Positions 25,318 through 38,579 of a stretch of 64,000 nt of DNA are shown here, one piece after another (within the stretch, counting starts at the first letter, position 1; each line of letters opens with the position of its first letter). Below the pieces are notes generated by a model, which had not been told where the DNA came from, ran no database searches, and saw only the letters and a program-made list of their open reading frames with translations. The position numbers and the translations under genes are program-made. This DNA comes from Octopus sinensis (taxonomy: Eukaryota): the NCBI RefSeq assembly GCF_006345805.1, contig NC_043000.1:75454001-75518000 (forward strand), written 5' to 3'.

Positions 25318-27136
25318 GTTAATATCTAGATCCGCACCCGGTGGAAAAAATGGAAACGCAAATGTGTAACAGTTGTAAGGCATCGTATATTGACGTAATA
25401 AGACGGAAAAAAGGGCGCTGACGAACGGGGGTGGGGGAGGGGGGGCGGAAGGGAGGGGGTCGGAAAATTCCCAGGATCAACCTGGAATCTAAAATGTGTA
25501 ACAGTTGTAAGGCATCGTATATTGACGTAATAAGACGGAAAAAAAGGGCGCTGACGAACGGGGGTGGGGGAGGGGGGGCGGAAGGGGGGGGGGCGGAAAA
25601 TTCCCAGGATCAACCTGGAATCTAAAATGTGTAACAGTTGTAAGGCATCGTATATTGACGGAATAAGACGTAAAAAAAGGGCGCTGACGAACGGGGGTGG
25701 GGTGGGGGGTCGGAAAATTCCCAGGATCAACCGTAGAGGATCCACGCCCAGGTGGCAAAAATGGAAAAAAATATGTGTAAGAGGTGTAAGGCATCGTATA
25801 TTGAAGGAATATGACGAAAAAAAAGCGCGCTGACAAACGGGGGGGGGGGGGCGCTCGGAAAATTCCCAGGATCAACCGTAGAGGATCCACGCCCAGGTGG
25901 CAAAAATGGAAAAAAGTATGTGTAAGAGGTGTAAGGCATCGTATATTGAAGGAATATGACGAAAAAAAAGCGCGCTGACAAACGGGGGGGGGGGGGCTCG
26001 GGGGCTCGGAAAATTGCCTACGATTTAAAGAAAAATTTACCATCAATTTTCACCATTTAAACGCATTGTTGGCATAAATCTACCACGCATGTGGTAAGTA
26101 CAGATTATATTTTCCCAATATTATTGATTGTCACAGAATAATTATCAATCGCAACTTCAAAAATTCAAATTCCATTACTTCAGTTTTCACTTTTTGTTTG
26201 TAAAATAAAAAAAAAATATATATAGACTAGCAGTATCGCCCGGCGTTGCTCGGGTTTGTAAGGGAAATAACTATAAAGCATTTTTAGCAAAAATATTGAA
26301 AAATATTGAAAATAGCAAAAAAATTGAAATTCTCGACCCCATGTCGAATTTATCGATCTTTTTCAGAACTGGGGGAACTTTTCAAAATTTTCGCTGCGTT
26401 AGTTTTGAATTATGACATTGGGCTATGTGTGTGTCAAGTTTCATCAGAATCGGTTGAAAGCCGTGGTCAGGGTGAGGGTACAACCTGACAGACACACAGA
26501 AAAACTGCCGTTTATATAGAGATTTTTAGAGAGTTACTTCCCTTATGCCAACAATGCGTTTAAATGGTGAAAATTGATGGTAAATTTTTCTTTAAATCGT
26601 AGGCAATTTTCCGAGCCCCCTCCCCCCCCCCCGTTTGTCAGCGCGCTTTTTTTTCGTCATATTCCTTCAATATACGATGCCTTACACCTCTTACACATAC
26701 TTTTTTCCATTTTTGCCACCTGGGCGTGGATCCTCTACGGTTGATCCTGGGAATTTTCCGACCCCCCCCACCCCACCCCCGTTCGTCAGCGCCCTTTTTT
26801 TACGTCTTATTCCGTCAATATACGATGCCTTACAACTGTTACACATTTTAGATTCCAGGTTGATCCTGGGAATTTTCCGATCCCCCTCCCCCACCCCCGT
26901 TCGTCAGCGCCCTTTTTTTACGTCTTATTCCGTCAATATACGATGCCTTACAACTGTTACACATTTTAGATTCCAGGTTGATCCTGGGAATTTTCCGACC
27001 CCTTCCGAACCCCCTCCCTCACCCCCGTTCGTCAGCGCCCTTTTTTTCCGTCTTATTACGTCAATATACGATGCCTTACAACTGTTACACATTTGCGTTT
27101 CCATTTTTTCCACCGGGTGCGGATCTAGATATTAAC
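25318..27136. mobile_element. Foldback-like element with long TIRs built of about 115-145-bp G-rich tandem units
   Basis: 25318-26078 is the reverse complement of 26542-27136, with one extra unit on the left; flanks CTACCCTC / CTACCCTT. Confidence 0.65.
26227..26522 (-). mobile_element. Short non-autonomous Helitron in the foldback spacer
   Basis: A|TCTCTATATAAA ... CCCGAGCAACGCCGGGCGATACTGCTAG|T; 3' end shared with 47645-48281. Confidence 0.75.
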
Positions 27137-28593
27137 CCTACCCTTTATATATGCGGCTGGCATTGGGATTAGTGGTCAGTTGGCGAGAGGTGGTCAGTCG
27201 ATGCGGGACAGCCAGCCAGAAGTGTGAGCGGAGCGGATAAGGGAGTGAGTTGAAGGAGATGGTGGAGATGGCGAGAAAGACAGACAATGAATGTGAGAAA
27301 TGACAAGCGAGAGGAAGTAAGGAAGATGACAGTGAAGGGGGCAGATAGAAGCCGAACTGATATAATAGGAGTTGCGAGTTAAGAGGACGTTGCTGACGTG
27401 AAATTAAGGGAAAAAAATGTTCTGGTAAATGTTGTTTTTCTGTATGTTTTGAAAGAAGGGGAAACTTTGCTGTGTTAAATCTTTCAAGAAAGAAAGGAAA
27501 GACTCTGTGACGTAAACTGTACAAAAGAAAGAAGAGACTGTTTTTAAAAGAAAAGAAAGAGACTGTTAATTGATTTGTTTTGAAGGATCGAACTCTGTAT
27601 TGTTTTCGGATGTTGTACTATGTTTAAATGTATTTGATTTGGTTATTCGAATTGTGTTATGTTTAAATGCATTGATTGCTTTTTCGAACTCTGTCAAATG
27701 TTTGTTAACCTTTGTTGTTAAATGCTTTTGTGAAAAAAAATTGTTAAATTACGCAACTTCCGCTGTGTCTCTCTCTTTCTTTGTTGTTGTTGTGTTGGCT
27801 TCTGGTTGCGTTCGCTTTTTTCTCCCGTTTCTGTGGTGGACTTCCGGTGTTACTGAGCGCTGAGCATCGTCGCGGCCTAGGGTCCTTGGGCCCTGAGCGC
27901 ACGGCGTAACAACATAGACTATAAGCAAAATCCGGGGGGGGGGACGATCTTGTAAGCAACAAAAAGCTAAATATGTGAGTAAGGGAGGGGGAGGGGCGTA
28001 AAGTTACAGGGCTCTATACAAGTAACGAATAGGGGCAGAAAAAATAATGAAAGAAAGGAAGAAAGAAAAAAAGGAAAAAGTCTGACTATACGTAACGAAT
28101 GTTCATAAGATAAAATTACGTATACATGTATATATAAAGTATGTAAGCAGTAAATACACATATAAATATATAGAGACAAGTATGCAAACACACAAGTCCA
28201 AGTGAACACATGCATACACATACATTCATGTATGTATGTGCATAAATACAAACATACATGCTCACTTACACATATACATAGACGCATGGTTACACATACA
28301 TATGCATGCCAATACAAATATTCACATAAAAATGTCTAGGATCTGACAACATTATTTTTTTCAAAATTGCTGAGTGCATAATAATAAAAATTTTAGATAA
28401 AAGACCTGCAAAATATAACACCCTATATTGGATTATCTATAAATTAAATTACCAAAGTGAGTTTATACAATATAATAAAATGAAATAAACTAAGTCGAAG
28501 GTTTTTTCTTATATATCGAAATATAAACAAAATATATACAAAACTTTGCGATGCGGAATAAAACCTGCATAATCCGAAACAAATCCAACAGTG

Positions 28594-28880
28594 GGATCTT
28601 TTCCTTTTGATGGACGGAATATTCTACTTAACTAAATAATTTGAAACTTCGTATACTGGTAGAATGTGTCAAAAGAAAACATTAATTTCAATTAGTTTTT
28701 TTTGAGAAAATTGTATTTTGTAAGTTTTACGTAGTTTAATTCTTTGAATTTTAACCAATCGTATTCTCTGTTTCTGCGTCTAAACATACTGTTACTGTGA
28801 CGTAGACAGCTATTTTGTGACGTAGTTAACGTAAACATCTAAATTCGTTTTAAAAGCTTGACATCCTAAACAGCTAAATT
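28594..28880 (+). mobile_element. MITE left end and internal part (Tc1/mariner-like family)
   Basis: GGATCTTTTCCTTTTGATGGACGGAA also at 54133, 54374, 54625 and 55061. Confidence 0.65.
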
Positions 28881-29591
28881 CTTTTTGAAAGTCTGAGTAT
28901 ATATAAAATTAGTGTTTAAATTATTTTCCATTGTTTGCATTGCTTTATGGAATTTGAAACTTATTCGTTTTGTATAAAATTATTATTCGTACACTAGATA
29001 AGGAGTGGGTCAATATAGTTGACATTATTTCCTCCTATAAAATTTTTGGCTATGTACCTTTGTTAGAATTTCTTATTTGTATTAATATAAAGTGCGAGCA
29101 AGAGAACATCTGCAGGCTTTCCTAAACTGTTAATGCGAATGTAGATGATGTCTTTTTCCAACTTGTGTAAATTAATGTCTGATGAGAATGTGATTCCATG
29201 TAGAAGCTGCCATTCTGGAGATAAATGATTGGATAAAATATTTAGTAAAAGGTTCTAGCTGTGAGACATGTTAAAGATGATGATGTGGGCTCAGTTTGAT
29301 ATAGTATACAGCTTACTAATTCACAGGAATAGTAGTGGATGTATGGGTTTTTTTCTTCCCATGTTTTATTTGAACAATTTGGCTGGATAAAGGGGGCTGT
29401 ATCCTTGCCTTTTGCATTCCTTCTGAGACAAAAGGCAAGAGCTGTGCCTTAAAAACTGGTAAGATTGACATAGTTGATCTTGAATAAAATGTGTGGATGG
29501 CTGCAGAGGAAATAACATGGACAAGAGAATTTCAGAAGGCTGACAATCTGGTAAGAAAGAATTTAATGCTTAGTTTGCTGGTGAATTACAT
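28790..29591. repeat. 802-bp segment duplicated in inverted orientation at 53330-54131
   Basis: Continuous reverse-complement match with scattered substitutions and small indels. Confidence 0.95.
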
Positions 29592-29597
29592 ACATAC

Positions 29598-30314
29598 ATG
29601 CATAAATATGTATCACCGCACATGCGCTCTCACACTCGTGAAGAAGTCAGTCGAGCGATGCCACCTGAGTAGCTGTCAAAGAACACATCTACAACAAGCA
29701 TGTCATCGTCACGGCAACAGTCGCATCACCATCATCACCACCACCATCACCGTAATCATGGTCATCACCACAACCAACACCACCACCATCACCAACAGCA
29801 TCAACAACAGCAGCAGCACCATTCATCTTCTGCTAGGGAAAACCCGAATTCAAACAACTCTCATAATTCTAATTCGTCAACAAGTGTAAGTACAACATTG
29901 TCAACTGCAGCTAATGTAGTGTCCAGTTCTACTTCTGTTGCCACTGCTGCTACAGTAACTGTACCAGTTTACTCATCAAGCATGTCCTCCACACCAACTA
30001 TGAATGCATCATTAACTTCACTCAACTCTATGTCATCTGTTCCAGCCACACCGCCACCAACACCAAGCCCATCATCTCATGCTCACTCCCATTCAACTTC
30101 ACTTCGTTTGCAGCCCCTTGCATTGTCTTCGTCCTGGATGTCTTCGACCTGGGAATCGTGGGAATCCAATTATGGTTGGTCTCGCGGCTTCCATGTCCCG
30201 CCAAGGTGGAGCTCGAGCTGGGCAAACTCCTCATCAAATCTATCATGTGGGGTGAGGCAGAGCAAACAGCAAAACAATCGGTTACAAAACAGCCAGCAGG
30301 TTGGTGTCATCTAA
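29598..30314 (+). pseudogene. His/Gln/Ser/Thr-rich exon-like reading frame, probably a pseudo-exon of a regulatory protein
   Basis: 204-aa ORF 29700-30314 with mixed-codon His/Gln tracts and PATPPPTPSP; upstream in-frame segment separated by TAG at 29670; possible donor GG|GTGAGG at 30252. Confidence 0.45.
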
Positions 30315-30654
30315 ATTAATTCAGGAATTTAATGGTGAGTTTGAAATGATTAATTACACAGAGTGACGCTATTTAAAATGTTCATTTAAAAAAAAAATAA
30401 TAGATGATCAAATCAGGTCATTTTGACTTTAACAACAAGGGAAACTCTCAACCATCTACAACCTGTGCAAAAATTTGACTATATATATATTAAAATATGT
30501 AACTTGGGAGTGAGATGTAATCTCTCAACTCATCTACGAAAGCAGCAACAGCCTATTTGGCCCAAACCAGTCTGGAAAGCATATATAAAATGATGATAGT
30601 GTAAATGTTTCTACAACAAAAAAAAATGAATATGAGCACTCAATACATTGTGTA

Positions 30655-30838
30655 TTGTCATTCTCATGGCAACAATCTCATCATCATCATCACCATAATC
30701 TTGCTCATCACCACAACTAACACCACCACCAACAGCAGCAACAACATCACCAGCAGCAATAACAACAGCAGCAGCAGCACCATTCATCTTTTGCAAGGGA
30801 AAGCCCAAATTCAAACACTTCTCAATAATTCTAATTTA
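30655..30838 (+). pseudogene. Diverged partial duplicate of the His/Gln tract
   Basis: CAGCAGCAGCACCATTCATCTTTTGCAAGGGAAAGCCCAAATTCAAAC parallels 29810-29857. Confidence 0.7.
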
Positions 30839-31088
30839 TTTATAATGTAGTAGATACATCATAACACTACTTTTACTTGACTCTAAGTTTCATGATTGTA
30901 GAGCATTCTCCGCATGGTCAGGGCTGGAGAGAGAAACTTTCACTTCTATCATATCTGTTTTAAGAATGATCAACTCAGCACAAATGTCAAAGTCATGATA
31001 GTCTTACTTACCTATTTACACATACACACAAACACATATATTGACATATGCATATATTTATTTTTACACACACATGTATACAAACATA

Positions 31089-31129
<41 letters not shown>

Positions 31130-31132
<3 letters not shown>

Positions 31133-31960
31133 GATATGTAGGAAAATACAAACAGGGACAAGAACGCATAACTCTTAGAAGACGATACAATAAACACAGA
31201 CAGGACATTCGAAGCCCTCAGTCTTCAGTCAAGAACCGGATCATCGTAGTAATTTCGGCTGATTAATCTTGAGATTACTAGATCCGGCCAGCCCTCCAAG
31301 AAAAACTAAGCAACGAGCATTAGAAAAACTAAGCTGGGAGCGTAGATTTCCTGGAAGAAGGATCGAATGCATACGAACACCGGGACAGCAAAAAGGACGA
31401 ATATAAAAAGCAAAAAACAATAATGGAATACAAAAACATGAAATACAAAAGCAATAACGGTGAAAACAACAAGTGTCTTACGACTAATAACAGTGCAAAC
31501 AAATTTGGCTGGCGTATTTTGGAAAAAAGCCTTAACGGCGGACAAAAGACAACGATGTTGTCACGTCGCTGGTCGGAAGCTGAGAGACAGATTTCGGCCA
31601 GCGGTCACGTGACGGAGAAGAGAGGAAAGAAAAGAAAGAGAGGCAAAGGAAGGAAGAGAGAGAGAGAAGAGGGACGAAAAGTTAATCCAAACAAGAAAAC
31701 AAAAAGACAACAACGCAAGGATGTGGAACAAATAAAGTATTATTGGACGCTCAGGGAAGAAGGAGGGTTTGACGTTTCGAGCGGAGCTCTTCGTCGGAAA
31801 CATGGGAGAATGAAAGATCCCGAGACGGGAGGACAGAGGAAAAAAAAATCGCCGGTGGTATTCACGAGTTCACATACTAAAAAGACGGAAGTGGTAAAAA
31901 TGGAGGAAAATGTTTTTAAAAACAAGAGAGTTAATCAAAGAAGGAATGGTAAAAAAGGTG
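31130..31960 (-). mobile_element. Non-coding Penelope-type termini (probably two nested pieces)
   Basis: 31680-31880 is colinear with 45885-46095; bounded by simple repeats; hammerhead-like motif inside. Confidence 0.55.
31767..31801 (-). ncRNA. Minimal type I hammerhead-like motif (U4C core, extra A after A9)
   Basis: GUUU-CCGACGA-A-GAGC(UCC)GCUC-GAA-ACGU-C-AAAC; a mutated sister copy lies at about 45988-46022. Confidence 0.6.
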
Positions 31961-32074
31961 TGCGAGATGACAAGTGTGAGTGTGTATGGTGGACAATGGC
32001 TAGTAGCAGGCAGTAGTAGAATTAAGGGGTGGTGTGGGGGTACCCTATCAAGTCAGAAAGGCAGGTCAGAAACA

Positions 32075-33934
32075 GGGAGGTATGTGTGTGTGTGTGTATA
32101 TGTATCGTGTGTGTGTTTTGTTGTAGTATGTGTGTGTGTACGTATGCTTTTTTTTGTGTGTATGGTGAGTAACTGTGCTTAACTTAGTGTAGGTGTGCGT
32201 GTGTGTGTATATATACGTATGTATAATTGTGTGCGTGTATGTATGGTTGTGTGTCGCATGGGATGTATGTGTGGGTTCATGTGTGTGTGTGTATGTATGT
32301 GCATGTAGTTGTGTGTGCATGTATGTGTGCGTTTGTATGTGTGTGTGTGTAAGCGTAAATGGATGTATATGCGTGTATCCGTGGGGTTGTGAGTTTCTTT
32401 TTGCGCGTGTGCGCATGTTTTGGTGTGCGTATGTATGTGTGTGTCTGTGCTTATATGTGTATACGTTTGTGTATGTGTGCGTGGAGGTATATGTTGTGTG
32501 TATGTATATGTGTCGGTGTGTATGTGAATTAGTGTGTGTTTGTATGTGTGTGTGCGTGTATTGTATATATATGTAAATGTGTGTGTGTACGTGCGTGGGA
32601 GTGAATGTATGTATGTGCGTGTGTGTACAAATGTAGGGGTTTATATGTGTGTATATATATGCATGCAAGGACACACTTCGCAACTGAAAGACTGATGGAA
32701 AAGACTCTTGTGGTGCAGGCGCATGCGAATCTACAGGCACACACACACACGCTCCGATGTACGCCCGAAATAAAGCCAGACCCCACAGGCATGCATGCAT
32801 GCATGTATGCGTGCGTGCACGCGCGCATGCATGTGTGTGCGTGTGCATGCGAGTGTGTATGTAGGTATGTGTGTGTATGTATGTATGTGTGAGTGTGTAC
32901 GTGTGTATGTATGTCCGTATGGGTGTATGTAAGTATGTGTGTGTGTATGTGTGTGTGCATGTATGTGTGTATGTATGTGTGTATGTATGTATGTGTGTAT
33001 GTGTGTAAGTGTGTGTGTGTATGTATGTATGTATATGTGTGTATGTATGTGTGCATGCGTGTATGTGTGTGTATGTATGTATGTATGTGTGTGTGTGTAT
33101 GTATGTATGTATGCATGCATGTGCGTATGTATGTGTGTGTGTATGTGCGTATATGTGTGTGTATGTATGTGTGTGTGTATGTATGTATGTGTGTATGCGT
33201 GTGTGTATATATGTATGTGTGTATGTATGTATGTGTGTGTGTATGTGTATGTTTGTGTGTGTGTATGTATGTATGTATGTATGAATGAAAGTATGAATGT
33301 ATGTATGTATGTGTGTGTACGTATGTGTGTGTGTGAATGTATGCGTGTGTGCGTGGGGTTTCCTCTGGAGTTGTGTGAGCATAATGTATGTATGTATGCG
33401 TGTGCGTGTGTATGTGGGTGTGTATGTATGTATGTGTGCATGTATGTATGTATGTGTGAGTGTATGGGTGTATGTCTGTATGTATGCATGTATGTATGTC
33501 TTGTGTATGTATGTATGTGTGTGTGTATGTGTGTGTGTATGTATGTGTGTGCGTGTGTGTGCGTGTGTGTATGTAGGTATGTATGTGTGTGCATGTGCAT
33601 GCATGCATGTATGTGTGTATGTATGTATACACACACACACACACAACACACACACACGCAAGCATATGGGGCCGGCCGCACCCCAGGCGTGCGACAACGC
33701 GCGCGCGGACTCACAAGCACCCACACAAAAAAAACGGAACTATACACACATATTCTACTGCATATGCATATATGTGTATAATGTGTGTGTATTGTAGATG
33801 CATACATTATATATATATAAAAGATGTTTACATACAATATATATATATATGTTATATACATCTACATGTATATGTATGTATGAATATATAAGTACCACAG
33901 AATTTGAATCAAACTGTTTTGATCCATACATACC

Positions 33935-33966
<32 letters not shown>

Positions 33967-33985
33967 TACATACATACATACATAC
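32075..33985. repeat. Compound (TG)n/(TATG)n simple-repeat field
   Basis: About 1.9 kb of TG/TATG/CA arrays; source of the 552-aa and 378-aa H/T/Y ORFs. Confidence 0.97.
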
Positions 33986-34239
33986 ATACACACATACTAA
34001 AATTACATCGTTGGAGCAGTAATTTATTTATGTATTTTTTGTTATAAAATTTATTTTTAAGCTGAATCCCTATCCTGCCATTAACCCCTTTCTTCTAAAA
34101 TAGTTGAAGAATCTGGGGTGTAGGAATTGGGCCAGTATTGGAACTTTTAACTTCTTGCTCTCTATCTTATGATCTCCGAAATTTAAGAATCTTGTGTTAA
34201 CTGGGCTCTTATTATTTACTCTGACTCTGCCACCACCTC

Positions 34240-34610
34240 AATGCAAAGACTATCAATATCAGAATCATCTTCACAACCACCACTACAACCATTACTACAA
34301 CCTCCAATGCCACCACCACAACCCCAAGACCAATACAAGCATCATATTCAAAATCACCAATTTCACCACAACACTACCATCCATGAGACATCCTAACATT
34401 ATCAGTGCTACTACTACTATCATCATCATTATCATCATCATCCACTGCCACCCCCACCACCACCACCTCTACAAAAACACCAACACTATAATTGCTGCCA
34501 TCATACATATCCACTGTCACCACTACACCACCACCACCACTGCCATGATAACCACATCTATCACCTCCAACACTATTGCCACCACTATCTATGAGACATC
34601 CTAAGTTAGA
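34240..34610. repeat. Degenerate (CAC/CAT/ACT)n low-complexity tract
   Basis: Trinucleotide-rich with no sustained protein-like frame. Confidence 0.85.
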
Positions 34611-35379
34611 TACTACTTTCACTTTCTAGTTGCTCTTTGAGTTTATTATATCTAATCTATCTCTCTAAAAGATGCAAACCAAGTAGCATTACATGGAGAA
34701 TGGATGTGAGCAGAAAGAGAGTAAGTTCCATTCCAGTTTACAACAATTATAGAATTATTCTCAAACCATAAATGAATGGTGGAGAGGAGTGAAGGAGGAG
34801 TCATGTTTCCTCTGAGAGGTTACAGAAGTATAATTACACTGTTGTGAGAATAGCTGTGGAAAATCTAAGTTGAAATCAAATTTGATGCTAAATTCTTTTA
34901 TAGTCATGTTCCCAATGAAATACGCATAATCAATTTGAACAGTCTTAGTAAAATAACTACTTTCTTTAATTATTAATCAGGTGTTTGGATCAACAAAATT
35001 ATGAGATAAAGGTGAGAAGGTCAGTAGAGTGTCTATCTGCTTGTAACTATGTAGACACTTAAAATAATGAGTGAAAGCATGGTATACATTACTAAGTCAT
35101 ACTCGCTTGCAGGCAGTCACTATGATTTTTTTATCTGCTCATATATATGCAATGAAACATTGATGTTTCATTGTATATTTGGACATAACAAGTAATTCTT
35201 CGTCGTCAAACTGTCCAACCCATGTCAGCATGAAACATGGATGTTAAATGATGATGACTACATGATGACACTTCACATTATTGAAACATTGGGAATAGGA
35301 ACTAGATCATCTGATGATGTTAAGACGTGACAGAGTGGCTTCCTCTCCATGTAGCGAGGAGATTTTAATTGATATGTTT

Positions 35380-35582
35380 CTCCTTTTAGCATTTAAACCG
35401 GCCATATCTGGCACAAATATTCTACCTGTTTTATGTTCAAACCGGTCAGGCCTGGCCTCTTGCACCTATCCTAGAAAGTCAATCTAAAAATAAGCAATCA
35501 GATCAATGGAATCTCAAGGCTACTGGTAATGCATGATTAATTCAAAGCAATGTGAATAAACAATCTGAATGTTAAGGAGTTA
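35380..35582. mobile_element. piggyBac-like MITE remnant
   Basis: Left CCTTTTAGCATTT and right AATGTTAAGGAGTTAA resemble decayed TTAA|CCCT-type inverted ends. Confidence 0.4.
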
Positions 35583-36084
35583 AGATGAAACAAGAATTGA
35601 ACACTGGTTTTTAACAGAGATCTTTTAAATTGAATTACATTACTTTTAATATTGAAACAAACTACTGTAACAATGTTAAACAAAATAATTGCATTCTTAT
35701 TTGAACCAAAATCCATCATTCTCAGTATCATAAATAAAGGTGCCAGTCGCACCTCAGTGCTTACATGTTTGTCTTGTCTAATAAATGGAAGATTACTGAA
35801 CATAAGACACTTGGGTCACTCAGCCAAGTTTCATCTGAGCAATATATGTGAAAGTTCTGGAAATTTGTGACCTTTTTGTATTTCAAATAATGTGCAAGTC
35901 TGAGAATAATATACATTGTTGGATACAGACATACAACTAAACTTATATATTTTAGATTTTCTCAAAAAGTCTAACAATTGCTGACTAATACAACTAGCTT
36001 CTCTATTACTGCTGTCTCTCCTCTCTTTGTTATTCTATCTACAGATAGGTTTGTGTGTGTAGTTCTTATATATACACATTCATA

Positions 36085-36285
36085 CATTACCTCTTTTACT
36101 TGTTTCCGTTATTGAACTGTGGCCATGATGGGGCACCACCTTGAAAGGTTTAGTGAAACTAATTGCGCCCACTACATATTTTTAAGTTTGTTATTTATCA
36201 GTGTCGTTTGCTAAACCGTGAAGTTGCAAGGACATAAACAAAACAACACCAATTGTTAATTTGGGATAGGGACAAACACAAAGAC
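36085..36285 (-). mobile_element. Decayed SINE 3' part
   Basis: CTCTTTTACTTGTTTC...TGTGGCCATGATGGGGCACCACC resembles the reverse complement of the 44468 SINE tail. Confidence 0.6.
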
Positions 36286-37199
36286 ATTGTCTATGATGCT
36301 ACTGGATCAACTAAAATATGTTACCCCCTACTATATTATTGAATAGTTTTTCTCCTGTTTGTTATACCAACTACACCCTCACACACACAAATACATTTTT
36401 TGTAAGGTGGCTGGTGTTAAATCCAGACACAGAAACTTATGTTGCAAAGAGAAAGTATGAACAAAATGTAGTCCTGCAACTTAGTTGGGAGTGGAGGTGG
36501 AGGTACTGGCTCAGTTCTGCCCAACAAATGCCAGCATAGAAAAGTGATGATAATGCGGATTATGAATATCATCATCATGATCATCATCGTTTAATGTCCG
36601 TTTTCCATGCTAGCATGGGTTGGACGGTTCAACCGGGATCTGGGAAGCCAGAAGGCTGCACCAGGCTCCAGTCTGATCTGTCAGTGTTTCCACAGCTGGA
36701 TGCCCTTCCTAATGCCAACCACTCCGTGAGTGTAGTGGGTACTTTTTACGTGCCACTGGCACAGGTGCCAGGCGAGGCTGGCAATGGCCACGATTGGATT
36801 GGTGCTTTTTACATGCCACCAGCATGGAAGCCAGTCAAGGCGGCACTGGCATTGGCCACGTTCGAATGGTGCTTTTGACATGCCACCAGCATAGGGATCA
36901 CAACTACAATTTCCATTGATTTTTGATGTTGATGTACTTGACTCAATAGGTCTCCTCAAGCACAGGGTTGAATATATATTTTTTAATATTTTCTTGCAAA
37001 CAACATGCAGATGCAAGTGTTACCTGTTGAAAGCTCTGCATACCAGATGCTAGCAAGTCTATGGGGCCATTAGGAGAGAATGCCTGCCATTTCAGGACCT
37101 ATCTCTTGACAGCATCATTGGGCACCCCTCACTGAAATGAGACACTGCTTGCTAGATCAACTGGTCATCAGGTTTCACTCAATATTCTTCTAGCCATTG

Positions 37200-37465
37200 C
37201 TCATTGTTGCTTTCTAACCAAATCCAGTGGTTTGCCTTTTCCAGTGTAGTTTGGATATTACTCCTAGTGGTATTTGCTTTAAGATGAATTAGGTCAATGA
37301 TGGCAATAGTCACTTCACACTGTGTCCAACAAACCCTCTACATCCAACTTTGATTGAAAAATGCTCTGCTTTCCAGCCTGTGTCTTCACATTCCTCTAGG
37401 AGGTTTTCATAACAGCCAATCTTTTGAGCTCAAGCAGCATCCATGTTATCTTCATGAGGAACTCA
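37200..37465 (-). mobile_element. RLE-type (Hero-like) non-LTR element, C-terminal fragment
   Basis: Decayed frame VE..VPHEDNMDAA*AQKIGCYENLLEECEDTGWKAEHFSIKVGCRGFVG...EKANHWIWL. Confidence 0.6.
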
Positions 37466-37534
37466 ACTAGATTTACCATTTTCTTTCTTTTACGCCATAT
37501 TATGATATATATACACGCACACATGTATATATAC

Positions 37535-38579
<1,045 letters not shown>

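Noticed and set aside
31195-31240. Extra hammerhead at CTGAAGACTGAGGGCTTCGAATGTC (also about 24010)
   Set aside because: Stems I and II do not pair convincingly and helix III is not palindromic.
32066-33861. 552-aa, 378-aa and 376-aa H/T/Y or C/V/M ORFs
   Set aside because: They are translations of (TG)n/(TATG)n repeats, which lack stops in several frames.
34194-34604. His/Thr-rich 136-aa ORF
   Set aside because: Degenerate trinucleotide repeat without unique flanking protein-like sequence.
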